Shown: one piece after another, positions 15,427-26,371 of the stretch
Position numbering within the stretch: position 1 is the first letter of the stretch
Layout: each line of letters opens with the position of its first letter
Source of the DNA: Escherichia coli
GTDB lineage: Bacteria > Pseudomonadota > Gammaproteobacteria > Enterobacterales > Enterobacteriaceae
Assembly (NCBI RefSeq): GCF_003334405.1
Contig: NZ_QOWM01000001.1
Length of the DNA stretch: 64,000 nucleotides
Reading direction: 5' to 3' (one strand)
Program-made: the position numbers and the translations under genes
Notes under the pieces: generated by a model
The model's input: the letters and a program-made list of their open reading frames with translations, nothing else
What the model was told of the DNA's origin: nothing
Databases searched by the model: none

Positions 15427-16274
15427 CAGGGTTCCTGACGTAAATAAATAGCCCGATAACACATACTCACCAGCACCGCACCGCCGATAATATTACCCAG
15501 CATCACCGGGAGCAGATTGGCGGTAATAAAATGGCTGACCGTCAGTGCCGGAAAATTGTCTGCGCTACTGTGCGCCAGCTGCCAGAAGGGGGGAGGGGCG
15601 AAATGGCGAATGGCAATGGCGAACGGAATCACAAACAAATTGGCGATACAGTGCTCAAAGCCACTGGCGACAAACAGGGTGATGGGCAAAATCATGGCGA
15701 CGATTTTGTCGCATAACGAACGCCCGCAATAACTCATCCACAGCGCCAGGCAAACCATCAGATTGCACATAATGCCGAGGCTGACAGATTCAGTAAATGT
15801 ATGATGCATTTTGCCCTCGGCGCAGTGTAAAACCGCGACTCCCCACATCGCGTTTTCACTCATCACCAGCCCGGAAAACCAGATTAACAAACTGAAACAG
15901 GCAATACCTGCCAGATTACCGCAGGCCACCAGAAGTGCGTTAATCAGCCAAGTTCGCCAACTAATAACGCCCCGACTTTTTGCCATCACCGTCATTACCG
16001 ACGAGGTGAACAGGCTGGTGCCGCAAACCGCCAGCAAAATAAAGCCGAGTGTAAAGCAAAGGCCGCCCACCAGATGGGTTAATGCCTGTGAAGACGGGGC
16101 ATCGGCGATAACGGAAAGGTAAAAAGTAAATCCGATCGCCATAAACACGCCAGCGGACATCGCCATTAAAAAGACCGACACTTTACTGCGGGCAATTTTA
16201 TGGGCGGCAATCCGTTCAGCGATTGCCGCTTTTCTGGCGCTCAACTGCAAGTCGAAAGAGAGTTTGTTTCTCAT
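15426..16274 (-). CDS. focB: Formate channel FocB (FNT family)
   Basis: 282-aa membrane protein, last gene of the hyf locus. Confidence 0.85.
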   Translation of the reverse strand: MRNKLSFDLQLSARKAAIAERIAAHKIARSKVSVFLMAMSAGVFMAIGFTFYLSVIADAPSSQALTHLVGGLCFTLGFILLAVCGTSLFTSSVMTVMAKSRGVISWRTWLINALLVACGNLAGIACFSLLIWFSGLVMSENAMWGVAVLHCAEGKMHHTFTESVSLGIMCNLMVCLALWMSYCGRSLCDKIVAMILPITLFVASGFEHCIANLFVIPFAIAIRHFAPPPFWQLAHSSADNFPALTVSHFITANLLPVMLGNIIGGAVLVSMCYRAIYLRQEP

Positions 16275-16295
16275 GCATACTCCTGCAAAAGCAGA

Positions 16296-18308
16296 TTACA
16301 ACACCTCGCGAACCGAGATCCCCAGCCGCTGCATTCGTGACAGCAGCGTGGTGCGCTTCATCCCTAATCGCGTCGCTGCGCCACGGGGCCCGGCAACAAT
16401 GCCATTGGTTTCTCGCAATACCTGAACAATGCGCTGACGTTCTTCTTCGTCATTCTCTGGCGTCGTCGGGTGCAGTAACTGCGCCATTGAACTGCGAAGC
16501 GCTGAATCTTCATTTAGCGTCGGCAGTAAACGGCTTTGTCGGACATTTAGATGTAAATTCAGACTGTTACCACGAGTCAACAGTACCGCCCGCTCAATCA
16601 CGTTTTCCAGCTCGCGCACGTTGCCCGGCCAATCCCACGACATCAACTGGCGTAGTGCCTCGGTCGGGATGGCGTCAATTGCGCGATTCATATGGCGCGC
16701 CATTTTTTGCGTGAAATGTTTTGCTAAAAGAGGGATATCTTCCGGACGGTCGCGTAGCGGCGGCAATTCCAGTGGGAAGACATTCAGGCGATAAAAGAGA
16801 TCGCTGCGAAACTGGCGATCTTCAACCATTTGCCACAAATCACGGTTGGTGGCGGCAATGACTCTGACATTCACCGGGATCGTTCTACTCCCGCCGAGAC
16901 GCTCAATCTCCCGCTCCTGCAATACGCGCAGCAGTTTAGGCTGAAGTTCTAACGGCAGATCGCCAATTTCATCGAGAAACAACGTGCCGCCATCGGCAAT
17001 TTCAAAACGACCACGATGGGTATTAATCGCACCAGTAAACGCCCCTTTGTCATGACCGAATAACTCACTTTCCAGAAGACTGGCGGGGATGGCAGCGCAG
17101 TTGATTTTGACCAGCGGCTTGTCGCGTCGCGGGCTAAGTTGATGGATCGCTCTGGCGATCACCTCTTTGCCAGTTCCGGTTTCACCACAAATCAACACCG
17201 TACTGTCGCTCTTCGCCACAATATCTACCTGCTGGAGCAGGTCTTCCATTGCCTGGCTTTGATAGATAATGTCACCGATGCCCAGATTCGAAAGGAGCTG
17301 CTCGCTAAGCTGGTGGTTTTCTTGCTGCAAACTTTCCTGCAAATCGGTCATGCTACGCCAGGCATCGGCATTGCCAACGGCAATAGCGATGCGATCGGCT
17401 ATGTGTTGTAGTAGCTGGCAGTTTTCCTCACTAAAGAGAGTGGAAGAGGTATGCGCCAGCAACAATGCACCCGGTGTATGGTTGCCAAAGGTAAGCGGTA
17501 TAAGGAGCGCAGATTCGCAGCCGTTAGATGCAAGTAAGAGTAATAACGGGTCGCGTTGCCAGAGAAACAGATCATCTGCACGGTGCGTCAAGGTCGGTTG
17601 TCGGGTTTGTAGCGTTTGTGTCAGCAATACACTTTCGCCAGGCATACAGCGTGGCAGACACGCACAATGTGAGGCAGAAAGATCGCTGCACCACAGGCTG
17701 AACTTCTCGTTCTTTCGATGATCGCCCAGTACCATACTGACTGAAGCCAGACCGAAAAAATGATGGATCTCACGAGCGACGTCAGCGATCAGATCGTCGA
17801 GATCAAGATGTGACAGCACTGCATTAGTAATATCAACCAGTACCCGATGATGATCGCGATCTTTCTCCAGCAAACGCAGCGCCACCTGCTGTTCTTCATC
17901 ATTGAGCCATGATTGCAGAACCGGGGTGATTATCCGCGCCAGCCAGTTAAACAGTGTGCAATCCTGGGAAGTAAAACGACTGCCGTGGGTGCGAATAAAG
18001 CGTAGCTCCGCCATTCCACTACTGCCGAGAAGGACGGCGTGACGCGAATAATCGACCATCTCGCCCTGATACTCTGTTGTTGCCGTCACATCGCTGCCAT
18101 CATCATGGTAGCGGTAATAGAAGTTGCTTTTGAGAACATGCAGTTCAATAAGTTGTACCGGGCTGAACGGCGGCGGCAGCGGGATGAAGGCGCGTAATAA
18201 AGACGCCTTGCCGTGTTTCTGTGCTAACCGCTCCGCGAGCATTCCGTTTACCGCTTCAATTGTTATTCCTTGTGGCGGGGCAAACATCGCCTCGTCTGAC
18301 ATAGCCAT
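16296..18308 (-). CDS. hyfR: Sigma-54-dependent transcriptional activator HyfR (FhlA-like)
   Basis: AAA+ sigma-54 activator motifs GETGTGKE (Walker A), [15 protein letters not shown] (GAFTGA loop); C-terminal helix-turn-helix. Start is either of the two adjacent Met codons (18308 or 18311). Confidence 0.85.
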   Translation of the reverse strand: MAMSDEAMFAPPQGITIEAVNGMLAERLAQKHGKASLLRAFIPLPPPFSPVQLIELHVLKSNFYYRYHDDGSDVTATTEYQGEMVDYSRHAVLLGSSGMAELRFIRTHGSRFTSQDCTLFNWLARIITPVLQSWLNDEEQQVALRLLEKDRDHHRVLVDITNAVLSHLDLDDLIADVAREIHHFFGLASVSMVLGDHRKNEKFSLWCSDLSASHCACLPRCMPGESVLLTQTLQTRQPTLTHRADDLFLWQRDPLLLLLASNGCESALLIPLTFGNHTPGALLLAHTSSTLFSEENCQLLQHIADRIAIAVGNADAWRSMTDLQESLQQENHQLSEQLLSNLGIGDIIYQSQAMEDLLQQVDIVAKSDSTVLICGETGTGKEVIARAIHQLSPRRDKPLVKINCAAIPASLLESELFGHDKGAFTGAINTHRGRFEIADGGTLFLDEIGDLPLELQPKLLRVLQEREIERLGGSRTIPVNVRVIAATNRDLWQMVEDRQFRSDLFYRLNVFPLELPPLRDRPEDIPLLAKHFTQKMARHMNRAIDAIPTEALRQLMSWDWPGNVRELENVIERAVLLTRGNSLNLHLNVRQSRLLPTLNEDSALRSSMAQLLHPTTPENDEEERQRIVQVLRETNGIVAGPRGAATRLGMKRTTLLSRMQRLGISVREVL

Positions 18309-18337
18309 CAACAGTCCTTATTAATGAGAAATCCTTC

Positions 18338-18751
18338 TCACGCAATTTTTCTGGCCATCAGATAGATGGCCGGTTCCTGCACAATTTCATCCAACAGATG
18401 AATGAATTGAATGCTACGCGCCTGCCACACAGACGTCGCGTCATCCGCCAGTGGCGCGAATGCCCGGGTCAACAGGGCGGTGTGGCTGGCGTCAATAACA
18501 ATCTCACCAAAAGTCATCACCCCCAGCATCTTACGTCGGGCTTGCTCCTCTTCGACCAGTGCAAGCCAATCTTCGTATTCCGTCAGTGGGCAGCGGAAGG
18601 CGACATTCAGACAATCAATCACGCCAACGTGATGGCCGATAGCTAGCGAGTAATACATTACCTGAGAGCTGTGTTCCGGCATCTCGTCGCTACTGGCGAC
18701 AAACTTTTTTCGCAGCGTCCAGAAAACAATTTCCCCGCACTCTTCAGTCAT
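18338..18751 (-). CDS. hyfJ: Hydrogenase-4 component HyfJ (HycH-like maturation/assembly factor)
   Basis: 137 aa from the ATG at 18749-18751 ([11 protein letters not shown]), which overlaps the hyfI stop; the track ORF is extended upstream. Confidence 0.8.
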
Positions 18752-19502
18752 GTAACCCCCGGAGTACGCGAAAGAGTTGCTGAACGATACTATTGAGACG
18801 TGGATCGTCGGCATCGCGCAACCAGGTGTTAACCCGATTTCCTGTAGGATCGTCGCTTAAATGGCGCAGGAGCCGATCGCAAATTTCTCGCCCCTGACGA
18901 TAGCCCGCCAGCCGCCGCGCTTCTCGCTCAATGGCGATACGCTGTGATGGCGGGATCTGCGGCCACAACGGTTGCATAGTCACCCCGGTGGGATCGCGAT
19001 AATCCACAGCGTGAATCTTCTGTTGCAGCAAACCGAGCGCCACGGCGAAACCGTGAATGGTGGCGGCCGGTGTTGGCGGGCAGCCGGGGATCCAAACATC
19101 AATGGGGACAATGGTGTCGCTACCGCCCCAGACGCTGTAGAGATCGTGGAAAATACCGCCGCCGACACCGCACGCGCCGTAGGAAACACAAATTTTATGA
19201 TCGGGGGCAGACTCATACGCCCGAAGTGCAGGCATACGCATCGCCCGGGTGACTGCGCCAGTAAATAACAAAATATCGGCGTGACGCGGTGATGAAACAA
19301 CCTTAATGCCAAAACGTTCTGCGTCGAATACTGGTGTAATGGCAGCAAAAATTTCGATTTCACAGGCGTTGCAGCCGCCGCAATCGACGCGATAAACGTA
19401 AGCCGAGCGACGGATATCCTGTAGCAAATGCCGCTTCATCTTTTGCGTTTGCTCGTCCAGCGTGATGGGCTGGCTGACATGTTGTGTAAGCACTGGACTC
19501 AT
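18744..19502 (-). CDS. hyfI: Hydrogenase-4 small subunit HyfI (NuoB-like, [4Fe-4S])
   Basis: 252 aa; NuoB-type cysteine motifs (CGGCNAC, GCPP). Confidence 0.9.
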
Positions 19503-20044
19503 AGCTGCTCCTTAGCCACCAGCAGTACATCTGTATCGTCGTTGATCAGCGTCGCGCGTTGTTTGCATTCCGGGCAGACGCTCGCTTGCGCCCACAACAT
19601 TTCGCGGTTTTGTGGCGCATTTTGTTGCTGTGCTAACAATTCAGCAGCCAGTGCGATGGTTTTTTGCGGGGCAAACGGGCGTTCGCAACGGCTGCAACGT
19701 TGTAGATGGAACGTCGCGCGGGTATAGAGATCGGCTTTATTGGTGACGGTCAGTTCAAAGTTATTGGTAAGCTGGATGGCTCTGGTCGGGCACACTTCTT
19801 CACAACGTCCGCAGTAAATACAACGCCCCAGATAGAGCTGCCAGGTGCGCGAATTTTGCTGGTCGTCGGTCTGGATAGTCAGCGCATTTGCCGGACAAGC
19901 ACAGGCGCAGGCACCGCAGGCAATACATTGGCTGGGCATCAGGTCCGGTTTTCCGCGAAAGCCAGGGCTGACCTCCAGTGGCGCGAAGGGATATTTCACC
20001 GTCGCGGTTCCGGCGCGCATAATAGTTTTCAGTAACTTCAGCAT
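19499..20044 (-). CDS. hyfH: Hydrogenase-4 ferredoxin subunit HyfH (2x[4Fe-4S], NuoI-like)
   Basis: 181 aa; two CxxCxxCxxxCP motifs ([24 protein letters not shown]). Confidence 0.9.
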
Positions 20045-20053
20045 CTTCTGTCC

Positions 20054-21721
20054 TTACTTCAGCGGCGAACGGTTACGATCAATGCCGTAGCGTTCGATCT
20101 CTTTATACGGCACGGTTTTTGACTGGCGCTTGCGCACATCTACCAGCGTCACACGGTCGGTACAGGAGTAGCAGGGATCAAGGCTACCGATAATCAGCGG
20201 TGCGTCAGAAACGGTATTGCCGCGCAGCATGTAACGCAACACCGGCCAGTTGGCGTAGGTGGCGGCACGGCAGCGCCAGCGGAACAATTTTTGGTTATCA
20301 CCGAGCATGCTCCAGTGCACGTCTTCACCGCGTGGCGCTTCAACAAAGCCCAGCGCGAATGCGTGAGGTTTATAGCTAAAGCCTTCGGTCAGCAGTGGGG
20401 TATCCGGCATGTTGTCGAGGGCAAATTCCAGCATTGCCAGCGAATCAAACGTCTCTTTGACACGGACCATCACGCGGGAGAAAACATCGCCGCCGGTAAA
20501 GGTAAACAGTGTTTTTGGAATATTGCCGTAGTCGGCGTAGGGGTGATCAAAGCGCAAATCACGGGCGATTTGTCGGTCGAGAATGCCAATGCCCTGAGTG
20601 CGTTGTTCCATATTCGGCGTAGCAAGCAGCATCTCTACCAGCTCCGACACGTCGGCGCGCATCTCGCGCACCAGTTTCAGCGTTTGCAGACGTTGCTCTT
20701 TGAGAATATCGCGGCGAACACCACCAATCAGATTCAGACCGTAGGTTTTACGCGACCCGATCAGCAATTCCGCCATCGTCATCGACTTTTCCCGCACGCG
20801 GAAAAATTGCATAAAGCCGGTATCAAAACCAACGAAATGGCAGGAGAGGCCAAGGTTAAGCAAATGACTGTGTAGCCGTTCGACTTCCAGCAGAATCGAG
20901 CGAATAGTATGTGCTCGTTGCGGCACCTCAATCCCCAGTGCATTTTCAACCGAATTGGTATAGGCCACACTGTGGGCAAAACCGCAAATCCCACACACGC
21001 GGTCCGATAAGAAGGTCACTTCGTTGTAGCCCATCCGCGTTTCTGCCAGTTTCTCCATGCCGCGATGGACATAAAACAGGCGGTAATCAGCATCGACAAT
21101 TTGCTCGCCATCCACAAACAAGCGGAAGTGACCCGGTTCATCGGAGGTGATATGCAGCGGGCCGACAGGGATCACCCGCGCATCGCTGTTGCCCTCATTG
21201 ATAAACGGATACGTTTCGGAATCAGTCGTCGGTTCAGGGCGCAGTCGATAATCCATCGCATCTTTGCGCAGCGGATGCATATCTTCCGGCCAGTCATCGG
21301 GCAACACCAGGCGACGCTGATCCGGCAGGCCAACCGGAATCAGCCCGTACATATCGCGAATTTCTCGCTCGCCCCAGACCGCGGCAGGGACGCGCGGTGT
21401 GACTGACGGAAACTCCCGACTGTCGGCATCGACCAGCGCCTTCACCACAATCCAGCATTTTTCGGCCCCTTCCATTGAAAGGGCATAATAAACCGCGTAA
21501 TGACCGTTAAGTGTCCGCTCGTCGTTGCCAAACAGGACCGGAAGCCAGCCATCATGTTGATAATAAAGATACTGTACAACGTCAGGCAGCAGATTGATTT
21601 TCACCGTAATGGTGACCTGTTCAGGCGTTTGTCGCTCTTCATCCAGCACCGCGCCGGGGAACTGCGTTTTCAGGGCGGCGAGAATCGCTTCGCCACGATT
21701 TGACGATGAATTAACGTTCAC
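20054..21721 (-). CDS. hyfG: Hydrogenase-4 [NiFe] large subunit HyfG
   Basis: N-terminal [11 protein letters not shown] and C-terminal DPCYSCTDR Ni-Fe ligand motifs; start placed at the GTG at 21719-21721 ([10 protein letters not shown]), overlapping the hyfF 3' end. Confidence 0.9.
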
Positions 21722-23291
21722 TGTGTTTCTCCGAAACAGATGCGGTGCCTGAAGGCAAAAAATCATGCCAGGTGCTACGTTGTGCAGGCAGATCGTGCGT
21801 CCCTGAGAGGACTATAGTGGAAGCGCCCGCCAGGATCCTGATGACAGGTTGTGGAATATGCGTTCCCATCGCCAGCATCATGACCAGCAGAATCACCATT
21901 GGCGAGGTGGTCAACCAGCCGAGATCACCCCGGTTAACGGCCTGCGGCGGTTTCGCCATTAACACCCGCGCAGCCATCCGTACCAGGCCCGCCAGCACCA
22001 GCGTTAACAGCAATAACAGCAGGACGATAATCAGCAGGTGATTACGTGCCAGTCCGGCGGTAATGGTCATAAATTCGCTAAGAAAAATGTTGAAGGGCGG
22101 CATCCCTGCCAGCGCCAGCGCACCGCCGCCAAACAGCACGGCGGTAAATGGCATGATTTTGAGCATCCCACAGACGACGTTGAGATCGCGCGTGCCGTAC
22201 TTGAGCAGTACATTGCCGGAACCGCAGAACAGCAGCGTTTTTGCCAGACTGTGGTTTAAGATGTGCAGCAGCGCGGCAAAAATTCCCAGCGGCCCGCCAA
22301 TGCCTAGCTCCACCGCGACCAGCCCCATGTTCTCCACGCTGGAGTACGCCAGCAGACGCTTAATGTCCCGCTGTACCAGAATGAAAAATGCCGCCACGGC
22401 AACCGACAACATGCCGAAGATGAGCAACAACCGGTTGGGGAAATCGCTGCCGATGGCTTGGCAAATAATGATGTAATAGCGAATCAGCACCAACAGCGCG
22501 CAGTTCAGCAATACGGCGGAGAGCAGGGCGCTGACCGGACTCGGCGCTTCACTGTGAGCATCCGGCAGCCAGGCGTGCATGGGAAATAGCCCGGTTTTGG
22601 TACCAAAGCCAATTAGCAAAAACACAAAGGCCAACAGCATTAATGTTGGGTCAAGCAAGGACGATTGCTTAAGAACCTCGCTCCAGAATATCGCCATTTC
22701 TGCCTGCGGCATAACGCTGGCGGCGTTGGCGTATACCAGCACGGTACCGAACAGACCAAAAGCGACACCAACAGTACAAATAATGATGTACTTCCATGCA
22801 GCTTCCAGCGATGAACGCTGACCGTAAATGCCTACCAGAAACGCCGAGCTTAAGGTGGTGGCTTCGATCGCCGCCCACATCACAATCAGGTTATTGCTGG
22901 TAACAACCAGCAGCATGGTGAACAAAAACAGATGGAAGAAACCGTAGTAATCGCACAGCGTAACGGGTGAAAGCTCGCCGTGTGCCACTTCATGACGCAT
23001 GTAGCCAATCGAGTAAATACCGGTGAGAAAGCCAATCACACCAAGAATGGCGAGGAACAAACCGCCCAGACCATCAATATGAAGCCACAGTCCCGCAGCG
23101 AATATTTCTCCTGCATCAGCGGCAGTTTGGACCACCCAGAGTGCCAGAATCAGCAGCAGTGTGATCCCTAAGCTATGTAATACGGTCACCGTGCGAGTCG
23201 CAGAAAGTCTCCGTTTCCGGCAGGCAAAACAGAGCAGCGAAAAAAGCAGCGGCGTGAGCAGGAGTAAAGCGAACATCACAGAATAACTCAT
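21711..23291 (-). CDS. hyfF: Hydrogenase-4 membrane subunit HyfF (NuoL/M/N antiporter-like)
   Basis: 526-aa polytopic protein of the complex I antiporter-like family. Confidence 0.9.
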
Positions 23292-23295
23292 CTCA

Positions 23296-23946
23296 TTATC
23301 CCTTCAGCGCGGTCAAGTTGTTCACGTCCAGCGTGCCGTGGGTACGCCATATTTTTCTTGCCAGTAACACCATCACAATGACGGCGAAGATGGCGTCGGT
23401 AGCGATACCTATTTCCACCAGTTCCGGTGCTCGCCAGGCAAGAAGCGCCAGCACCAGATGGGAGCCGTTTTCCATCAGGCAGTAACCAAAAATTTGCCGC
23501 AGGATATTGCGCTGGCTGACAATGCACAGCAGGCCAAGCAGAAAATGACCTAACGCTACCGCCAGCGCCGGTTTCAGCCCGGTAGCCATCGGTAGCTTCA
23601 CGGGCTGAACGACAAATGCGCAAAGCAGGACAATTAACGCCGCGAGCAGTGCCATCATTGCCGGACCGAATAACGCTTTTTCCGGGATGTTCTGGGGAAT
23701 ATTTCGTGCAGCGTAAGTCATGATTAACGGTACCAGCAGCACTTTGGTGATAAAGGCGCTGGCGGACCAGATCAGCAGTTGCTCTGCGGCGAACAGGCAC
23801 GAGAGAGTGGCGAAAATAGACACCAGCACCAGTGACTGGCAGGCGTAAAATCCGCATGACAGGCGATAGCTTTTGACGCTAATCACAAACAGCGATGTCA
23901 GCATCATCAGTCCCGCCAGATTATTTACGATCATAGAACCGGTCAT
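23296..23946 (-). CDS. hyfE: Hydrogenase-4 membrane subunit HyfE
   Basis: 216-aa integral membrane protein. Confidence 0.85.
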
Positions 23947-23957
23947 TCATCATCTCC

Positions 23958-25397
23958 TTACTGCAACCAGGTCGCGGCGATTACGCTGGAAATCAGCGAC
24001 ATCACAATCAGTACAATCAACACCAGGCGCATTGATCCTGGCAGCGGTGCGGCATCGGCGACGGCCTCGCTCGGTTTGCCAGGCACAACGCGACCAAACC
24101 AGCGAATAAACCAGGCGAAACTGGCGACCGATTCAATCATCAGAAGAATCATGGCGGGCAGCAGGATCCAGTACTCCACTGACAACGCAAAACCGGCAGC
24201 AAACAGCGGGAATTTACTGAAGAAGCCGTTGAACGGCGGCACGCCGGTAATCGCCAGCGCTGCCACGCAGAAACCCACGCCTGGCAACGGCAGGGTGTGC
24301 AATACGCCACGCAGACGCGGCAACAAGCGCGTGCCGCAGCTGTAACTCAGCGCACCTGCTACAAGGAAAAACAGGCTTTTAGCGAACGCGTGGTTGACGA
24401 TGTAGGCGATGCTGCCCTCCAGCGCCAGCCGCGAGCCGAAGATGGAGAGCGACAAGCCGAAGAACATCCAGCCAAGTTGAGTGATGGTCGACCAGGCTAG
24501 CAACCGCTTCATATCCTGCTGTGGCAAATACATCAGAAAGCCATAAAGAATGGTGACCAGTGCCATGACCATGCCAACGCCGCCAATCACATGCGGGATA
24601 TTGCCGCCGTCGATAATAGCGCGGGCAAAAATGTAAACGCCCACTTTCACCATCGATGCGGCGTGGAGATAGGCGCTGATCGGTGTTGGCGCTTCCATTG
24701 CGTCCGGTAGCCACGCTTGCATCGGTAGCTGGGCCGATTTCCCCCACGCGGCAAACAGGATGCCGCCATAAACCAGATAACGTGCGTCGCCGTGTAACTC
24801 GCTCATCGCGCTAAGCGCAAACGTTCCGGTCTGCAAAAACAGCGTGGCGGCGGCAAGATACAACCCCAACGAGCCGATATGAGTGATAAGTAACGCTTTT
24901 AGTGCTGAACGCTGCGCTTTATCGCTCTGGTAATAACTGATCAACGCCCAGGAGCAGCCGCCTGTAATTTCAAAAAACAACAACTGACCGAGCAGCGTCG
25001 AGGAGAGTACCAGTCCCGCCATCGCGCCGATAAACACCAGTAAAAATGCGTAATAACGATTCGTGCCGTTATGCGGGTGTTCGCGATTTTTATCCGTCAG
25101 ATAACCCGTGGAGTAGATCGTGACCAGCAAACCGAGAAACACCACCACAAACAGAATCAGCGTACTCACGCGATCAATGACCAGGCCAAACAACGCCACA
25201 TCCCCCACGTTGACCAACGTCAACGTGACGGCAACTTTATCGGCCTGATAAAACGCGGAGATCAGTGACAACATGCACAGCGTGGTCAGCGCGGCGAACA
25301 AAACCCCCCATTCGGCGGCCCGACGTTGTGGCGAAAACGAAACGACCAGTGCGCCGATAAAAGGCAGCAATAACGTCGTCAGAGCAAGATTTTCCAT
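23958..25397 (-). CDS. hyfD: Hydrogenase-4 membrane subunit HyfD (antiporter-like)
   Basis: 479-aa polytopic NuoM/N-like protein. Confidence 0.9.
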   Translation of the reverse strand: MENLALTTLLLPFIGALVVSFSPQRRAAEWGVLFAALTTLCMLSLISAFYQADKVAVTLTLVNVGDVALFGLVIDRVSTLILFVVVFLGLLVTIYSTGYLTDKNREHPHNGTNRYYAFLLVFIGAMAGLVLSSTLLGQLLFFEITGGCSWALISYYQSDKAQRSALKALLITHIGSLGLYLAAATLFLQTGTFALSAMSELHGDARYLVYGGILFAAWGKSAQLPMQAWLPDAMEAPTPISAYLHAASMVKVGVYIFARAIIDGGNIPHVIGGVGMVMALVTILYGFLMYLPQQDMKRLLAWSTITQLGWMFFGLSLSIFGSRLALEGSIAYIVNHAFAKSLFFLVAGALSYSCGTRLLPRLRGVLHTLPLPGVGFCVAALAITGVPPFNGFFSKFPLFAAGFALSVEYWILLPAMILLMIESVASFAWFIRWFGRVVPGKPSEAVADAAPLPGSMRLVLIVLIVMSLISSVIAATWLQ

Positions 25398-25413
25398 ATT
25401 CCGTCAGTGCTCC

Positions 25414-26361
25414 TTACAGACCGGTTAACCAGAAGACCCATGCAAGCGCAGCAAGGCTGAAGCCAAGCCAGGTCACATGGTGAATGAGTAAAAAACGCCC
25501 GCGTGCCAGCGTGTTTTCTGCGATTGAGGCCAGTACAAAAATCAGCAAAACCTTGAGCAGCGTAACGACAAGTGAAGTCAGCAGGCAGGCGAGAGAAAGT
25601 TCTTGCGCGCGCCCAAAGGGCAGAAACAGGGCCACAAACAGTGATGCCATCACGACCTGTTTCAGCCCCAGCCCCCATTTCGCTAGCGCCAGCCCGGCAC
25701 CGGAATATTCGGTCAGCGGGCCTTCCTGTAATTCCTGTTCTGCTTCAGCAACATCAAAGGGAATTTTTCCCATCTCAATGAAGCAGGCAAAACCACAGGC
25801 CAGTAACGCCAGTACGGTGGTTAGCGGCGAGTTCCAGCCCATCGCCAGCGTATTGCTGATCATCTCGATATGCGTGGAACCTGCTATCAGCGCCAATACC
25901 AGCAGTGAGAGAATAAGCATTGGTTCGACCAGAATGCCGAGCGTCAACTCGCGACTGGCACCGACTCCCGCAAACGGACTTCCGGTATCCAGCCCGGAAA
26001 GAGCAAAGAAAAAACGAAACAGGGCAAGAAGATAGATAAGGGTGATCAGATCGCCGCCGCCCGCAAAAGGGGAAACGGTAATAAACAGTGGTAAGGCCAT
26101 CGCCAGCACCAGCATGCTGCTGATTAATACCCACGGCATCAGGCGGAACATCAGACCTGAAGATGTCGGCGCAACTTCCTGGCGTTTAAACAGTTTGTGG
26201 ATATCGCGATAATCCTGCCAGATCCCCGGCCCGCGGCGGGAGTGCATACGCGCGCGTATCTGCCGGGAAATACCCGTAAAAAGTGGGGTTAGCATCAGCA
26301 GAATCACGGCCTGTGCTAACGCAAAAATGACCAGATATCCGTCGCAAAGAGTTTGTCTCAT
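25414..26361 (-). CDS. hyfC: Hydrogenase-4 membrane subunit HyfC (NuoH-like)
   Basis: 315 aa from the ATG at 26359-26361 (MRQTLCDGYLVIF); the track ORF is seven codons longer and overlaps hyfB. Confidence 0.9.
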   Translation of the reverse strand: MRQTLCDGYLVIFALAQAVILLMLTPLFTGISRQIRARMHSRRGPGIWQDYRDIHKLFKRQEVAPTSSGLMFRLMPWVLISSMLVLAMALPLFITVSPFAGGGDLITLIYLLALFRFFFALSGLDTGSPFAGVGASRELTLGILVEPMLILSLLVLALIAGSTHIEMISNTLAMGWNSPLTTVLALLACGFACFIEMGKIPFDVAEAEQELQEGPLTEYSGAGLALAKWGLGLKQVVMASLFVALFLPFGRAQELSLACLLTSLVVTLLKVLLIFVLASIAENTLARGRFLLIHHVTWLGFSLAALAWVFWLTGL

Positions 26362-26371
26362 GGTGATTTCC